Assembly (NCBI GenBank): GCA_050259715.1
Contig: JBLNAY010000203.1
Coordinates: forward strand, 12,798 to 76,797
DNA: 64,000 bases
Direction of reading: 5' to 3'
From: Candidatus Dadabacteria bacterium
GTDB lineage: Bacteria; Bacteroidota; Bacteroidia; Chitinophagales; Chitinophagaceae
Position 1 is the first letter of the stretch. Each line of letters opens with the position of its first letter. The position numbers were made by a program, and so were the translations under genes. A model generated the notes under the pieces. That model had not been told where the DNA came from and searched no databases. It was given only the letters and a program-made list of their open reading frames with translations. This document shows, one piece after another, positions 36,307-45,671 of the stretch.

Positions 36307-39300
36307 TTACAGGTTAAGATTTACGCCAAGAGAGAAACTTCTCAATTGTGGGAACTTATCATATGAACTGTTTGAACCATCTTTATAATCAAAAGCATTA
36401 TATAAGTTCAACGGGTTAGTTCCTACTAAATATATACGGGCACTGTTAAACCTTGCCTTATTTATAATTCTTTGCGGTAACGTGTATGATAGGTTGAAAG
36501 TAGTTACACGGGCTGTAAATGAGTTCCTGAACCAGAAATCTGTTGGTCTATCATATGACCATGTATAAAGTGGAGCCGGGTAAGCTGCATCCGGAGTTTC
36601 TGGCGTCCAGTGATTAGCCCAGAATGCAGGACGGTTGGAATAAGCTTCTGCTTTCTTTATAGCAGCACTTTCTACAGTATTAGTGCCGCCCCAACTCATA
36701 CCCATAACAACGTTAAGACTAAGCGTTTTGTAGGATACACCCCAGTTTAATCCTAAACCATAATGATTGTCACTCTTAGGAGTTAAGAAATCAAGGTCAT
36801 TATCATCTATTTTTCCATCAGGACCCGTATAGTTTCCTGAAGCATCTTTAGGTCCTCTTACATCCTGGAAATATATCGCTCCTGGTTTTAATTGTTGACC
36901 ATAAATAGTATAACCAGGGTTTTTTGCTAACCATGCATCAACATCTGCCTGGGATCTAATAATACCCAAAGAATGTAATCCCTTATACCCCATGTCGTCT
37001 GATTTACCGGTAGGGTCCAGATAAGTACCAATATCACCTTTAGGGACATCACTCACCAGGATTTTATTATCTGCCCAGTTAAAGTTTGTTGTTACATTAT
37101 AACCCCAGTTTTTACCTATACGATCTCTCCAGTTAGCTGACAATTCGTAACCGAATGTATTAGCTGCTCCAAAATTTTCCGTAGGCAATGCTGTACCAAT
37201 CAGAATAGATGGAGAAGAACTAAGGGTAGACAATAGATCCCTACGATAATCAATGTAAGCATCAAAACTTGCAGATAAACGGTTGCGGAGAAAACGAGCG
37301 TCGATACCACCATTGAGTTTATCAATATTATCCCACTGAACAGCTCTGTTGGCCATTTCCAAAGTAGTTACCACACCGAGTCCACGGCTGGTATTACCTC
37401 CAAATACTGCAGCTCTGGATGATTGCAATTGATAGCTTCTCAGCCACTGGTATCTTTTTGTATTGTCTGTACCCAGGTGTCCATAAGACCCTCTGATTTT
37501 CAAGTAATTCACAGTATTAAGTATACCATTGAAAAACTTTTCTTCAGAGGCAACCCAACCTGCAGACACTGATGGGAAGTATCCCCAACGATTTTCAGGT
37601 GCAAAGTTTTGGCTCGCATCAGCCCTGAATTGAACTTGTAACAGATATTTGTTGGCAAAACTATAATCAAGCCTTCCAATATAAGCCAGGCGACCACCTT
37701 CAGAAATAGTACTAGCCTGGTCAGATGAACCATCAGAATTTAAAGGATCTGTACCAGTTGCAAAATTTTGATTATCCAACCCCCCGATCAGCACACCATC
37801 TCTTGACGCAGCAACTCCTTCGAGGTAGTTTTCATTTTGTTCATATCCGAACAAAACCCCCAGCTGGTGCCTGCCAAACGTTCTGTCAAAGTTTACAGAT
37901 GCATTCAACTGGTAGTCATCAGTGTAAGTAGGATTCAAACGAACACGATCTCCATTATTTGTTCTGATCACTTTTACGACAGAATCGCCATAGAGATGAT
38001 TATGAGTTCCCGCTCTGCTGAATTGATATTCATTAATCCAAGTACCATATTGCTTTCCCCAACTGTTATTGAAGTTCTTATTATAATTCACAGCTGCTCT
38101 TAATCCTTTAAGGAACGGAAATTCATAACTCAAACTTCCCAGGAAGTTCATACCATTACCTTTAGAACTAGTATAGTTATCCGACTGGTGAATAGCAAAA
38201 TAATGATAGTTGTTAATTGAATTTGTACCAGCATTTTCCGCATCCTGCTGTACAGCCGGTAATCCATTCACAAAAGGAGGATTAAAACGTGGCTGATTGA
38301 GTAGAACTTTCCAGTCATTATCCAGGCTTTCACCTCCTTGCTTAGAAAAAGTGTTTTTCTTACTGGAAAGATTAGAGCTAAGAGATAAGCCTAGTTTTAG
38401 ACCTGTAGTCAATTTGATATCAGAACTAGCACGGAACGTGTAACGATTAAAGCGGCTTCCGTCGAAGTTACTATTTTGGGTTTGATAAGTAAAGCCAGCA
38501 AAATAAGTTGCCTTGTCGGAACCACCGGTTATATTAATAGCATGCCTGGTTTCAACCGCTTGTTGCCATGCCTGGTCCAACCAATTGTACTCGTGAGTTT
38601 TGAAATACTCCAGTTCATCAGGCATATACATTTTTGTATTTGTTGAATCAAAGGCCCAGGGAGTAGAATAGTTAGCACGGTTATAGTCATTTAAATAAGT
38701 GGCTAGTTCATACCCACTCATCATCTTGGGAAAGTATGGAGCATCACTAATACCTACCGACCCACTATAACTAATCTGGGACTGACCGGCCCTACCACGC
38801 TTTGTTTTTACAATCACTACTCCGTTTCCACCCTTAATACCATAAATAGCTGCTGCGGCATCTTTCAATACAGACAAGCTTTCCACTTCAGTGGCATCCA
38901 ACATATCAAAGTCTGTCTTCGTACGAATTACGTCATCGATTACGTACAACACATCTGTTCCTGTTCCATCTTTTGAAAAAAACTTTGGATTCCGGATCAC
39001 AATGTTTGCAGGCTCACCAGGTCTGGAATAGCCACCCACCACATTCACACCAACAATTTGTCCTTTCAATGCTTCGGAGAGGTTACCAACTGGAATGTCT
39101 TCAATTTTCTTTACATCAATGGAGGCAACAGAACCTGTTAAATGAGACTTTTTTTGAGTGCCATAACCCACGACAACCACCTCATCCATTTGTTTGTTGT
39201 CTTTATCGAGGTTAATGGTAAATGTGTTTTGTTTACCAACAGGTATTTCGCGATAAAGAAAACCAACCATTGTGATCTTCAATACCGATTCGTCAGAAGC

Positions 39301-39501
39301 AGCAATTCTGAACTGACCTTTTTCATCAGTAGCGGTTTGACGGTCTGTACCTTTTACAGCTACAGTCGCTCCAACCAACGGTTCGCGGGTCTCCTGGTTG
39401 AGGATGACACCACTAACTGTTCTTTGCTGTGCAAATACTATTGAGCAGCCCAATAACATCATCACAAGCAATAAAGAACCTCTTTTTAGTTCTTGATACA
39501 T
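36307..39501 (-). CDS. susC: SusC/RagA TonB-dependent transporter
   Basis: EVVVVGYGTQKK, VLKDAAAAIYG..G.NGVVIVKTK and RWGYFPSVS motifs; immediately upstream of susD. Confidence 0.97.
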   Translation of the reverse strand: MYQELKRGSLLLVMMLLGCSIVFAQQRTVSGVILNQETREPLVGATVAVKGTDRQTATDEKGQFRIAASDESVLKITMVGFLYREIPVGKQNTFTINLDKDNKQMDEVVVVGYGTQKKSHLTGSVASIDVKKIEDIPVGNLSEALKGQIVGVNVVGGYSRPGEPANIVIRNPKFFSKDGTGTDVLYVIDDVIRTKTDFDMLDATEVESLSVLKDAAAAIYGIKGGNGVVIVKTKRGRAGQSQISYSGSVGISDAPYFPKMMSGYELATYLNDYNRANYSTPWAFDSTNTKMYMPDELEYFKTHEYNWLDQAWQQAVETRHAINITGGSDKATYFAGFTYQTQNSNFDGSRFNRYTFRASSDIKLTTGLKLGLSLSSNLSSKKNTFSKQGGESLDNDWKVLLNQPRFNPPFVNGLPAVQQDAENAGTNSINNYHYFAIHQSDNYTSSKGNGMNFLGSLSYEFPFLKGLRAAVNYNKNFNNSWGKQYGTWINEYQFSRAGTHNHLYGDSVVKVIRTNNGDRVRLNPTYTDDYQLNASVNFDRTFGRHQLGVLFGYEQNENYLEGVAASRDGVLIGGLDNQNFATGTDPLNSDGSSDQASTISEGGRLAYIGRLDYSFANKYLLQVQFRADASQNFAPENRWGYFPSVSAGWVASEEKFFNGILNTVNYLKIRGSYGHLGTDNTKRYQWLRSYQLQSSRAAVFGGNTSRGLGVVTTLEMANRAVQWDNIDKLNGGIDARFLRNRLSASFDAYIDYRRDLLSTLSSSPSILIGTALPTENFGAANTFGYELSANWRDRIGKNWGYNVTTNFNWADNKILVSDVPKGDIGTYLDPTGKSDDMGYKGLHSLGIIRSQADVDAWLAKNPGYTIYGQQLKPGAIYFQDVRGPKDASGNYTGPDGKIDDNDLDFLTPKSDNHYGLGLNWGVSYKTLSLNVVMGMSWGGTNTVESAAIKKAEAYSNRPAFWANHWTPETPDAAYPAPLYTWSYDRPTDFWFRNSFTARVTTFNLSYTLPQRIINKARFNSARIYLVGTNPLNLYNAFDYKDGSNSSYDKFPQLRSFSLGVNLNL

Positions 39502-39580
39502 AAGGAGATTTTAAAGTATAGAAATAGAGATATAGCAATGGTTATGTTACATTGTCTCGTAAAAAAAGCAATAACAATTC

Positions 39581-40270
39581 TTACCTGGAATGGGGCTTTT
39601 GGCTATTACGCCTTTTTTCCCATTCTTCTCCTTCTTTCTTCAAATCATAACCCTGTGCGGCCAGGTAATTATTGATCCGGCCTTTGTACTTACCAAACCA
39701 TCCATGTTTTTTCTCAGATGATTCAGCATCCATCGCATGCTCTCTTGCTTCAACCAGCCAGGTCATGATTTGTTGCTTTTGCTCATTGGTTAGGGTGGGT
39801 ATCATATCTACAAATGCATTGTACGTTACATTCAATACATTGTAAGTTAATCCGTCCTTCACCTTTACAATTTGTTCCGGTGACAGTTCAGATGATAATG
39901 CCTTAATAAAATTGGTATGAATAACAGCAATTTTAGTATCACAAAGATCTTGTTGTTTTTTGATCTCTTCAGCAGTCAGTTCCTTAGTATCTGCCTTTGA
40001 CTTTATTGCTTTTACCTTCTCGTCTCTTTCTGTGTATACGTTATTTAAATTCCTGTAATGATCTGCTATAATATGCGAAACCCTGGATGCTTTTCCATTG
40101 TCGCTAATACCTAGACTTGCGACTATTTTCTCGGCACGGCTATTTATAGTCCTGGTATATGCGGCTTCCTTATCACCGACAGGTGTTTGTTCCTGCTGAG
40201 AGAAGCAAGGCAAGCTAATCGTAATCACAAGTATAAAGCCCAACAAATTTCTCATATAGCTCATTTGCAT
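39581..40270 (-). CDS. Secreted DUF3826 protein
   Basis: Signal peptide; IVKVKDGLTYNV, AREHAMD and HGWFGKYKGRINNYL motifs. First gene of the susC/susD unit. Confidence 0.75.
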   Translation of the reverse strand: MQMSYMRNLLGFILVITISLPCFSQQEQTPVGDKEAAYTRTINSRAEKIVASLGISDNGKASRVSHIIADHYRNLNNVYTERDEKVKAIKSKADTKELTAEEIKKQQDLCDTKIAVIHTNFIKALSSELSPEQIVKVKDGLTYNVLNVTYNAFVDMIPTLTNEQKQQIMTWLVEAREHAMDAESSEKKHGWFGKYKGRINNYLAAQGYDLKKEGEEWEKRRNSQKPHSR

Positions 40271-40305
40271 ATTGACTTTACTAAAGTAGGTTCATCCCGC
40301 CCCGT

Positions 40306-40324
40306 AACTGTCCTGCACTGTCAT
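40306..40324 (-). promoter_or_regulatory. Candidate regulator-binding or promoter motif, copy 2 (minus strand ATGACAGTGCAGGACAGTT)
   Basis: 18/19 identical to 7878-7896. A -7-like TACTTTAG lies 17 bp downstream (40281-40288). Confidence 0.5.
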
Positions 40325-40432
40325 ATAAAATTCCGCAAACGTTCCCGGAGAATAGAGACTTCTCAAACTGTGAATATCAGTTTAAAAGCATTGATAATCT
40401 GCTGCTTATCGACGAAATAGTTTATCATTATG

Positions 40433-42895
40433 TTAATCTGCTGCTAATGTAATAGTAGAACTTTCAAGGCCTTCTGAGCTAGCATTCAATTTTATATTGC
40501 CAGGTCTGTTTTGAGATTTAAGTATCACTAAGGCGAGGCCATTATAAACATGGATTTGTGAACCTTTAAATGCTTCATGACTAACTGGATTTCCATTATC
40601 CACTGCAACGATAGAGGCGCTACCTGAAACTTTAAATTGCACTGAGTTCTTCGCAGCAGGAACTAAGTTCCCATCTTTATCAGTAATCCGTACTGTAATA
40701 AACACAAGATCATTATCCCCGAGCCGCACCCTTTTTTTATCCGGGAGTAGCTCTATTCTAGCTGGTTGACCAGCTGTTTTAATTTGCTTTATCAAAACTA
40801 CATGCCCATTCTTACGGCTTACTGCTTTTATAGTACCGGGTTGATATTTAACTCTCCACATTACATGCAGGCTGTCCCCCTGTTTTTTCTGTGTTCCTAA
40901 AGATTTACCATTTAAAAATAGTTCCACTTCATCTGCATTATTATAATAAGCCCATACATCTACCTGCTGCCCTTGTGTCCAGTTCCAGTGAGGGAACAGG
41001 TGCAAAACCGGTTTTTTCGTCCACTCACTTTGATAGAGGTAATAAACATCTTTTGGAAATCCGGCGAGATCAATAATGCCATAATAAGAACTACGTGCCG
41101 GCCACTGGTAAGGAACCGGTTCACCGAGGAAATCAAAACCACTCCATACAAAGCAGCCGGCTATAAACTCAAACTTTTTTACTGCTTTCCAGCTTTCCTC
41201 GTGCGAAGCACCCCAGAAAGCATAAGCATTATCATACGCAGTAACTGTATAATCTGGATTACCTTTTGTGAACGGCTTTGCATCCGGTGGCCAGATGCGT
41301 GCACTATCGGAAGGAAGATCATAGTGACCTCTTGTAGCCAATGCTGATGCCGTTTCAGTTGCAATGAACTTTCCTCCCGTAAAACGCTCCGGCAAAACCG
41401 GGTAGTCAAAAAGCTTATAATTGAATCCAAGTACATCCAAAGCACCTGATTTATAGATATAATTCTTTCCAGGATTATTCTCCGTCAATGCTGATGTGAC
41501 AGGACGCGTAGAATCAACGGATTTAACGATCCTTACCAGGTCCCTGGTTATCGCTACACCAGTGCTATCAAACTGCTCCCTTATTTCATTTCCTATACTC
41601 CAGATAATCACAGATGGATGATTACGGTCTCTCTTCACCATGTCTTCAAGGTCCTGTTGGTGCCAATCCTTAAAATCTATGCTGTAATCGTATTTATTCT
41701 TTTTCTTCTCCCAGATATCAAAAGCTTCGTCCATAACCAGAAAGCCCATTTTATCACATAAGTCTAACAATTCTGATGCGGGTGGATTATGCGCCGTGCG
41801 GATAGCATTACATCCCATTTCTTTTAACAGCTTCAATTGCCTTTCAATCGCCCGCACTTTTACGGCCGCTCCCAACGCACCTAAATCATGATGATTACAA
41901 ACTCCAAGGATCTTCAAATGCTTACCATTAAGAAAAAAACCTTTTTTGCTATCAAAATAGAAACGGCGAATTCCAAAAGTCGTTTCTGTTCTGTCAATAA
42001 CACGCCCGTTTGAAACAATATTTGTAACGCATCTATATAAAAAAGGCTGCTCAACAGACCATAACTTTGGTTTTTTTATAGTTGTATTCAGCAGGTGAAC
42101 TAATGACGAATCGGTACCTACAGTTATTCTCTTCTGCACTACAGCCACCAGTTTTCCCGAAGGATCAAAAACCTCCTGTTTTAATTGTACCGGGGTCGTC
42201 TTACCTGTTGTATTAAGAATATTCGTTCCAATTGATAGTGTTGCTTCCTGTGAAATTACATAGGGTGTTTTAATGAAATTCCCCCAATGAGAAACAGCTA
42301 TGCTATTAGTGATTTCCAGCCATACTTTCCGGTATATGCCCGATCCGGTGTACCAGCGTGAATTCGGTTGCTCAGAGTTATCAACCCGAACAGCTATAAT
42401 ATTTTGAGAACCAGCTGGAAAAATAAACCTGCTCACGTCATATTGGAAAGAGCTGTATCCATAAGGTCTTTTTCCTAAAAAATGCCCATTGATCCAGACT
42501 TCACTATTCCGGTATACTCCATCAAAATTGATATATACTCTTTTGTTTCTGCTATTAACCGGCAGCTGAAACGATTTTCTATACCATCCTATACCTGCAG
42601 GCAATGCTCCCTGGTTGAAAGTAGTTGGATTTTTTTCATCAAAGCTGCCTTCAATACTCCAGTCATGGGGAAGATCTAACTTTCGCCAGGCCGCATCATC
42701 ATATTTGATGTTCTTTGCCAGGCTATCATCCCCCAGGTAGAACTTCCAATCATTATTGAAATTGATAATCTCACGTTGGGAGCACACTTTGATAGAAACA
42801 AACAGTAATAAAATAGAAAATATCTTTTTCACTTGCATTTTCCTCATAAGCCATTTTAAAGCCACGTACATCCTTTTTGAATCGTTATTCTCCAT
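40433..42895 (-). CDS. GH2 glycosidase (beta-galactosidase-type, DUF4982 and Ig domains)
   Basis: LPHDWSIE, YINFDGVY, SRWYTGSGIYR, GVCNHHD, NAIRTAHNP, WSIGNE and ATETAS motifs. Confidence 0.92.
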   Translation of the reverse strand: MENNDSKRMYVALKWLMRKMQVKKIFSILLLFVSIKVCSQREIINFNNDWKFYLGDDSLAKNIKYDDAAWRKLDLPHDWSIEGSFDEKNPTTFNQGALPAGIGWYRKSFQLPVNSRNKRVYINFDGVYRNSEVWINGHFLGKRPYGYSSFQYDVSRFIFPAGSQNIIAVRVDNSEQPNSRWYTGSGIYRKVWLEITNSIAVSHWGNFIKTPYVISQEATLSIGTNILNTTGKTTPVQLKQEVFDPSGKLVAVVQKRITVGTDSSLVHLLNTTIKKPKLWSVEQPFLYRCVTNIVSNGRVIDRTETTFGIRRFYFDSKKGFFLNGKHLKILGVCNHHDLGALGAAVKVRAIERQLKLLKEMGCNAIRTAHNPPASELLDLCDKMGFLVMDEAFDIWEKKKNKYDYSIDFKDWHQQDLEDMVKRDRNHPSVIIWSIGNEIREQFDSTGVAITRDLVRIVKSVDSTRPVTSALTENNPGKNYIYKSGALDVLGFNYKLFDYPVLPERFTGGKFIATETASALATRGHYDLPSDSARIWPPDAKPFTKGNPDYTVTAYDNAYAFWGASHEESWKAVKKFEFIAGCFVWSGFDFLGEPVPYQWPARSSYYGIIDLAGFPKDVYYLYQSEWTKKPVLHLFPHWNWTQGQQVDVWAYYNNADEVELFLNGKSLGTQKKQGDSLHVMWRVKYQPGTIKAVSRKNGHVVLIKQIKTAGQPARIELLPDKKRVRLGDNDLVFITVRITDKDGNLVPAAKNSVQFKVSGSASIVAVDNGNPVSHEAFKGSQIHVYNGLALVILKSQNRPGNIKLNASSEGLESSTITLAAD

Positions 42896-42949
42896 TAAGA
42901 TAAAAATAGAGTTTTCACAGTCGATGAATAAAGTTCCGATGGTCCCATT

Positions 42950-43052
42950 ACGCAGTTAGTATGGAGTTTGTATGGGGTTTGTACGGAGTTTGCATGGGGT
43001 AAAGCCGTTCTAAAGCCGTTCATACTCCATGCAAACTCCATAGTAACTGCGT
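42950..43052. repeat. Intergenic 11-bp-periodic hairpin element, copy B
   Basis: Eight 11-mers from 42959: GTATGGAGTTT|GTATGGGGTTT|GTACGGAGTTT|GCATGGGGTAA|AGCCGTTCTAA|AGCCGTTCATA|CTCCATGCAAA|CTCCATAGTAA. Terminal 21-bp inverted repeat 42950-42970 / 43032-43052 (20/21). Confidence 0.88.
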
Positions 43053-43106
43053 GATAATTCCTTAAATAATCCATATCCATATTCTTAACTCTAAAGAAAA
43101 TTCAGA

Positions 43107-44537
43107 TCAGCATACCTGAATTACATCCATGTTCAGCAAGGCTCCTAATTTTTCAATCTTAGCGGCAATATGTCCAACTCCCACAGCACAGTGATGGGCA
43201 GGGCCATAGCTATTCCAGGTGTTTACAAATGCTCTTGCCCCTATAGAGAATTTATAACGGCTATTAGTATTCCCAATCTGCAGGATGGGTCCCGCTACAG
43301 ACTCTGCCTCCGCTACAAGTAACATTAATTTTCCTCCCTGTTGTTCAACAACAGAGAGCAAGGTTACAGGACCATTCCTCACACTCATCTCAACTGAAAG
43401 ACCACTTCCTACTTTGCCATGGTAAACCTGTAGCGGACGCACCTTCGTTTTACCTTCAGCAATGGCAATATGACCCGGTCCATCATGGCCCATAAGTACC
43501 ACATCTTCTTTAAAGTCCATAGCATAATATTCTGTGAAGGAACCTCCGGCACCAAAGGAATCCATGATTTTCATCGCTTGCGCATTCTTTATCTCGTACT
43601 CTCCAGCCACAGGAATTCCCCTGCCTGTAAGTAAAGAATTGCCCAGGATGATTGAACTAATAGTATCCTCGTTATCCAAATTCCCGCTTCCTTTATAATA
43701 ATAAGCAAGGGAACCTAACTTATATTGTTCAACCAGCAGGTCGAGGGCTACAGAAGTTCTCGCAGCTCTTTCCAATTCACCCAATGAACAATCTTCCTGC
43801 ACATCAAAAGATTCATAAAATAACTTTACTCTTTCTTTAACTTGTCCATCATTGACTTCTTTACGGAGCGCAGCTAATTCATCTACTTCCAGGAGTTCTA
43901 TGTGACCTCCAAAAGCGGCATATTGTAATGTAAGATCGCTATAGATATCCAGCATACCGCTGTAATAATGGCCAAGGCAACCCAGTCGGTTGTTCGCCAT
44001 TATATTTGCGACTTTAGCTGCTTCCACCCATTCTTTTATTTCATTCCAGCACGCTTCATCATTTTCAAGAGTTCCGGTTACCTGGTGGAACTTTATCCCT
44101 GTTCTTTTAAATACATTGGCTATCTCCGGAACAGGGCATGGAGAACAGAAGGCCAGCCACTCTCCTGTCATTTTCGTACGATCGTTCATCTTATTGAAAG
44201 TTGAATAATCTATAGCATCAGATGGAGATAGATTCAATATTATAACCGGGACTTTTGCCCTTTGCACTACCGGTAAAACAGTTGATGATAAAGCATAAGT
44301 GGTGACATAAAGAAAGATAACATCAACATCGTTGATTCGGAATTGCTTACCTGCCTCGAAAGCTTTTTCTGTTGTATCAACCAAACCAACATTAATAATG
44401 TCTGGATGAATTGATGAAAGCTTTTGATGTACCGTTTCAAGGTATCCTTCTAATCTTTCTTTTAATTCTGCAAATTGTTCCCAGTAAGCATCCAGTCCTA
44501 TTCCAAATAATCCTATTTTCAAAGATGAGGATTGCAT
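43107..44537 (-). CDS. apsI: L-fucose/L-arabinose isomerase family protein, probable D-apiose isomerase
   Basis: KIGLFGIGLDAYW, TYALSSTVLP, C.VPEIANV, GEYEIKN, MGHDGPGH and YHGKVG motifs. The locus also encodes a GH140 apiosidase. Confidence 0.68.
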   Translation of the reverse strand: MQSSSLKIGLFGIGLDAYWEQFAELKERLEGYLETVHQKLSSIHPDIINVGLVDTTEKAFEAGKQFRINDVDVIFLYVTTYALSSTVLPVVQRAKVPVIILNLSPSDAIDYSTFNKMNDRTKMTGEWLAFCSPCPVPEIANVFKRTGIKFHQVTGTLENDEACWNEIKEWVEAAKVANIMANNRLGCLGHYYSGMLDIYSDLTLQYAAFGGHIELLEVDELAALRKEVNDGQVKERVKLFYESFDVQEDCSLGELERAARTSVALDLLVEQYKLGSLAYYYKGSGNLDNEDTISSIILGNSLLTGRGIPVAGEYEIKNAQAMKIMDSFGAGGSFTEYYAMDFKEDVVLMGHDGPGHIAIAEGKTKVRPLQVYHGKVGSGLSVEMSVRNGPVTLLSVVEQQGGKLMLLVAEAESVAGPILQIGNTNSRYKFSIGARAFVNTWNSYGPAHHCAVGVGHIAAKIEKLGALLNMDVIQVC

Positions 44538-44552
44538 AAGATTTTTAGGGTG

Positions 44553-45671
44553 TTAATTTGGCGAACCTACAAAATGAACACTACTCCTACCAAGGTCCTT
44601 TGATGTAGCAACTGCAATGCCTCTTTGTTGCTTCTTATTAACAGCATTATAGAAGTGATATACTACACCCTTATGTTTTACAACCAGTGATTTGTGTGCA
44701 TACATATCATCGTAAGGTTCTGATGACTCAATTAAGTTATCGCCGGTCCAATCGGTCCAGTGAACAAGATCGTAAGAAGACGCAAAACGATTAAAGGCAC
44801 CCTTCCGATCCTGCCAGAAAGCTCCATAATAGAACATCACCCATAGATTTCGAATTTTTTGAATAACAGGATCACCTGTAATACCAACCGGGTGATGAAC
44901 AATCGGTTCTGTATGCATTCTCTTCCAGTTTACCATATCATTTGAAACAGCCATACCTATTCGTTCGAACCATCTTGTTTTTTTGTTGTCTTTTGCCGTA
45001 TCTCCATTTGCATTATAAAACATAACAAAGGGATATCCAGTTGCTTTTTTCTTGTCCCAAATCACACTGCTCTTGTATTCTTTCTTATTTTCCCACCATC
45101 TCACATCGTTATCTATAGATGTGAGAACAGGATTTCCTAAACGTTGCCATTCGTGAGGGATTTCAGGACTAGTTGAAGTAAAGGCCATTCCTATTGAAAG
45201 TAGCCCTGCTTCATATCCCTTTTCCTTTCCACCAAAATAGCTCATCCAATATTTGTTCTGATATTTCTTAATCTTATAACTACCTGCCCACTTCGTATTA
45301 ACCAGGGAAAGATATCCCGCTTTTTGATTTGCATCCCATTGAGTACTGTCATTACTGAATGAGAGAATTTTACCGAGTGTCTTCCAATGAAGCAGATCTT
45401 TACTACTGGCCAAAAAAGTTTGGTAGCCGCGACCATCGAATAAAATATAAGACATGTACCACATTTTACCGTTTCGGAATATTGTCGGGCAATCAATCTT
45501 TTGGCTATCAGAAGTTGGCACTATAACGAGCCCATACTTATATGGAGTCTTCACTTCATTGTAAACAGCTTGCATCTTTTCTTGAGAAACGGCATGGTCT
45601 ATAGCCTGTCCGAATGCACCGGAGTGAATAACTGCAAACAAAAGTGACAGCCAAAGTAGTTTTCTGCTCAT
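44553..45671 (-). CDS. GH137-like beta-L-arabinofuranosidase (BT0996 N-terminal module)
   Basis: VYNEVKTPYKYGLV, KIDCPTIF, DGRGY and ERIGMAVS motifs, matching my recall of the BT0996 N-module; signal peptide. Confidence 0.72.
   Translation of the reverse strand: MSRKLLWLSLLFAVIHSGAFGQAIDHAVSQEKMQAVYNEVKTPYKYGLVIVPTSDSQKIDCPTIFRNGKMWYMSYILFDGRGYQTFLASSKDLLHWKTLGKILSFSNDSTQWDANQKAGYLSLVNTKWAGSYKIKKYQNKYWMSYFGGKEKGYEAGLLSIGMAFTSTSPEIPHEWQRLGNPVLTSIDNDVRWWENKKEYKSSVIWDKKKATGYPFVMFYNANGDTAKDNKKTRWFERIGMAVSNDMVNWKRMHTEPIVHHPVGITGDPVIQKIRNLWVMFYYGAFWQDRKGAFNRFASSYDLVHWTDWTGDNLIESSEPYDDMYAHKSLVVKHKGVVYHFYNAVNKKQQRGIAVATSKDLGRSSVHFVGSPN

Noticed and set aside
8015-43052. The 11-bp repeats as CRISPR arrays
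   Set aside because: No unique spacers, units far too short, no cas genes.
42895-43080. 61-aa minus-strand ORF in the isomerase-GH2 gap
   Set aside because: It runs straight through the 11-bp repeat element, has no recognisable motif, and is best explained as a chance open frame.
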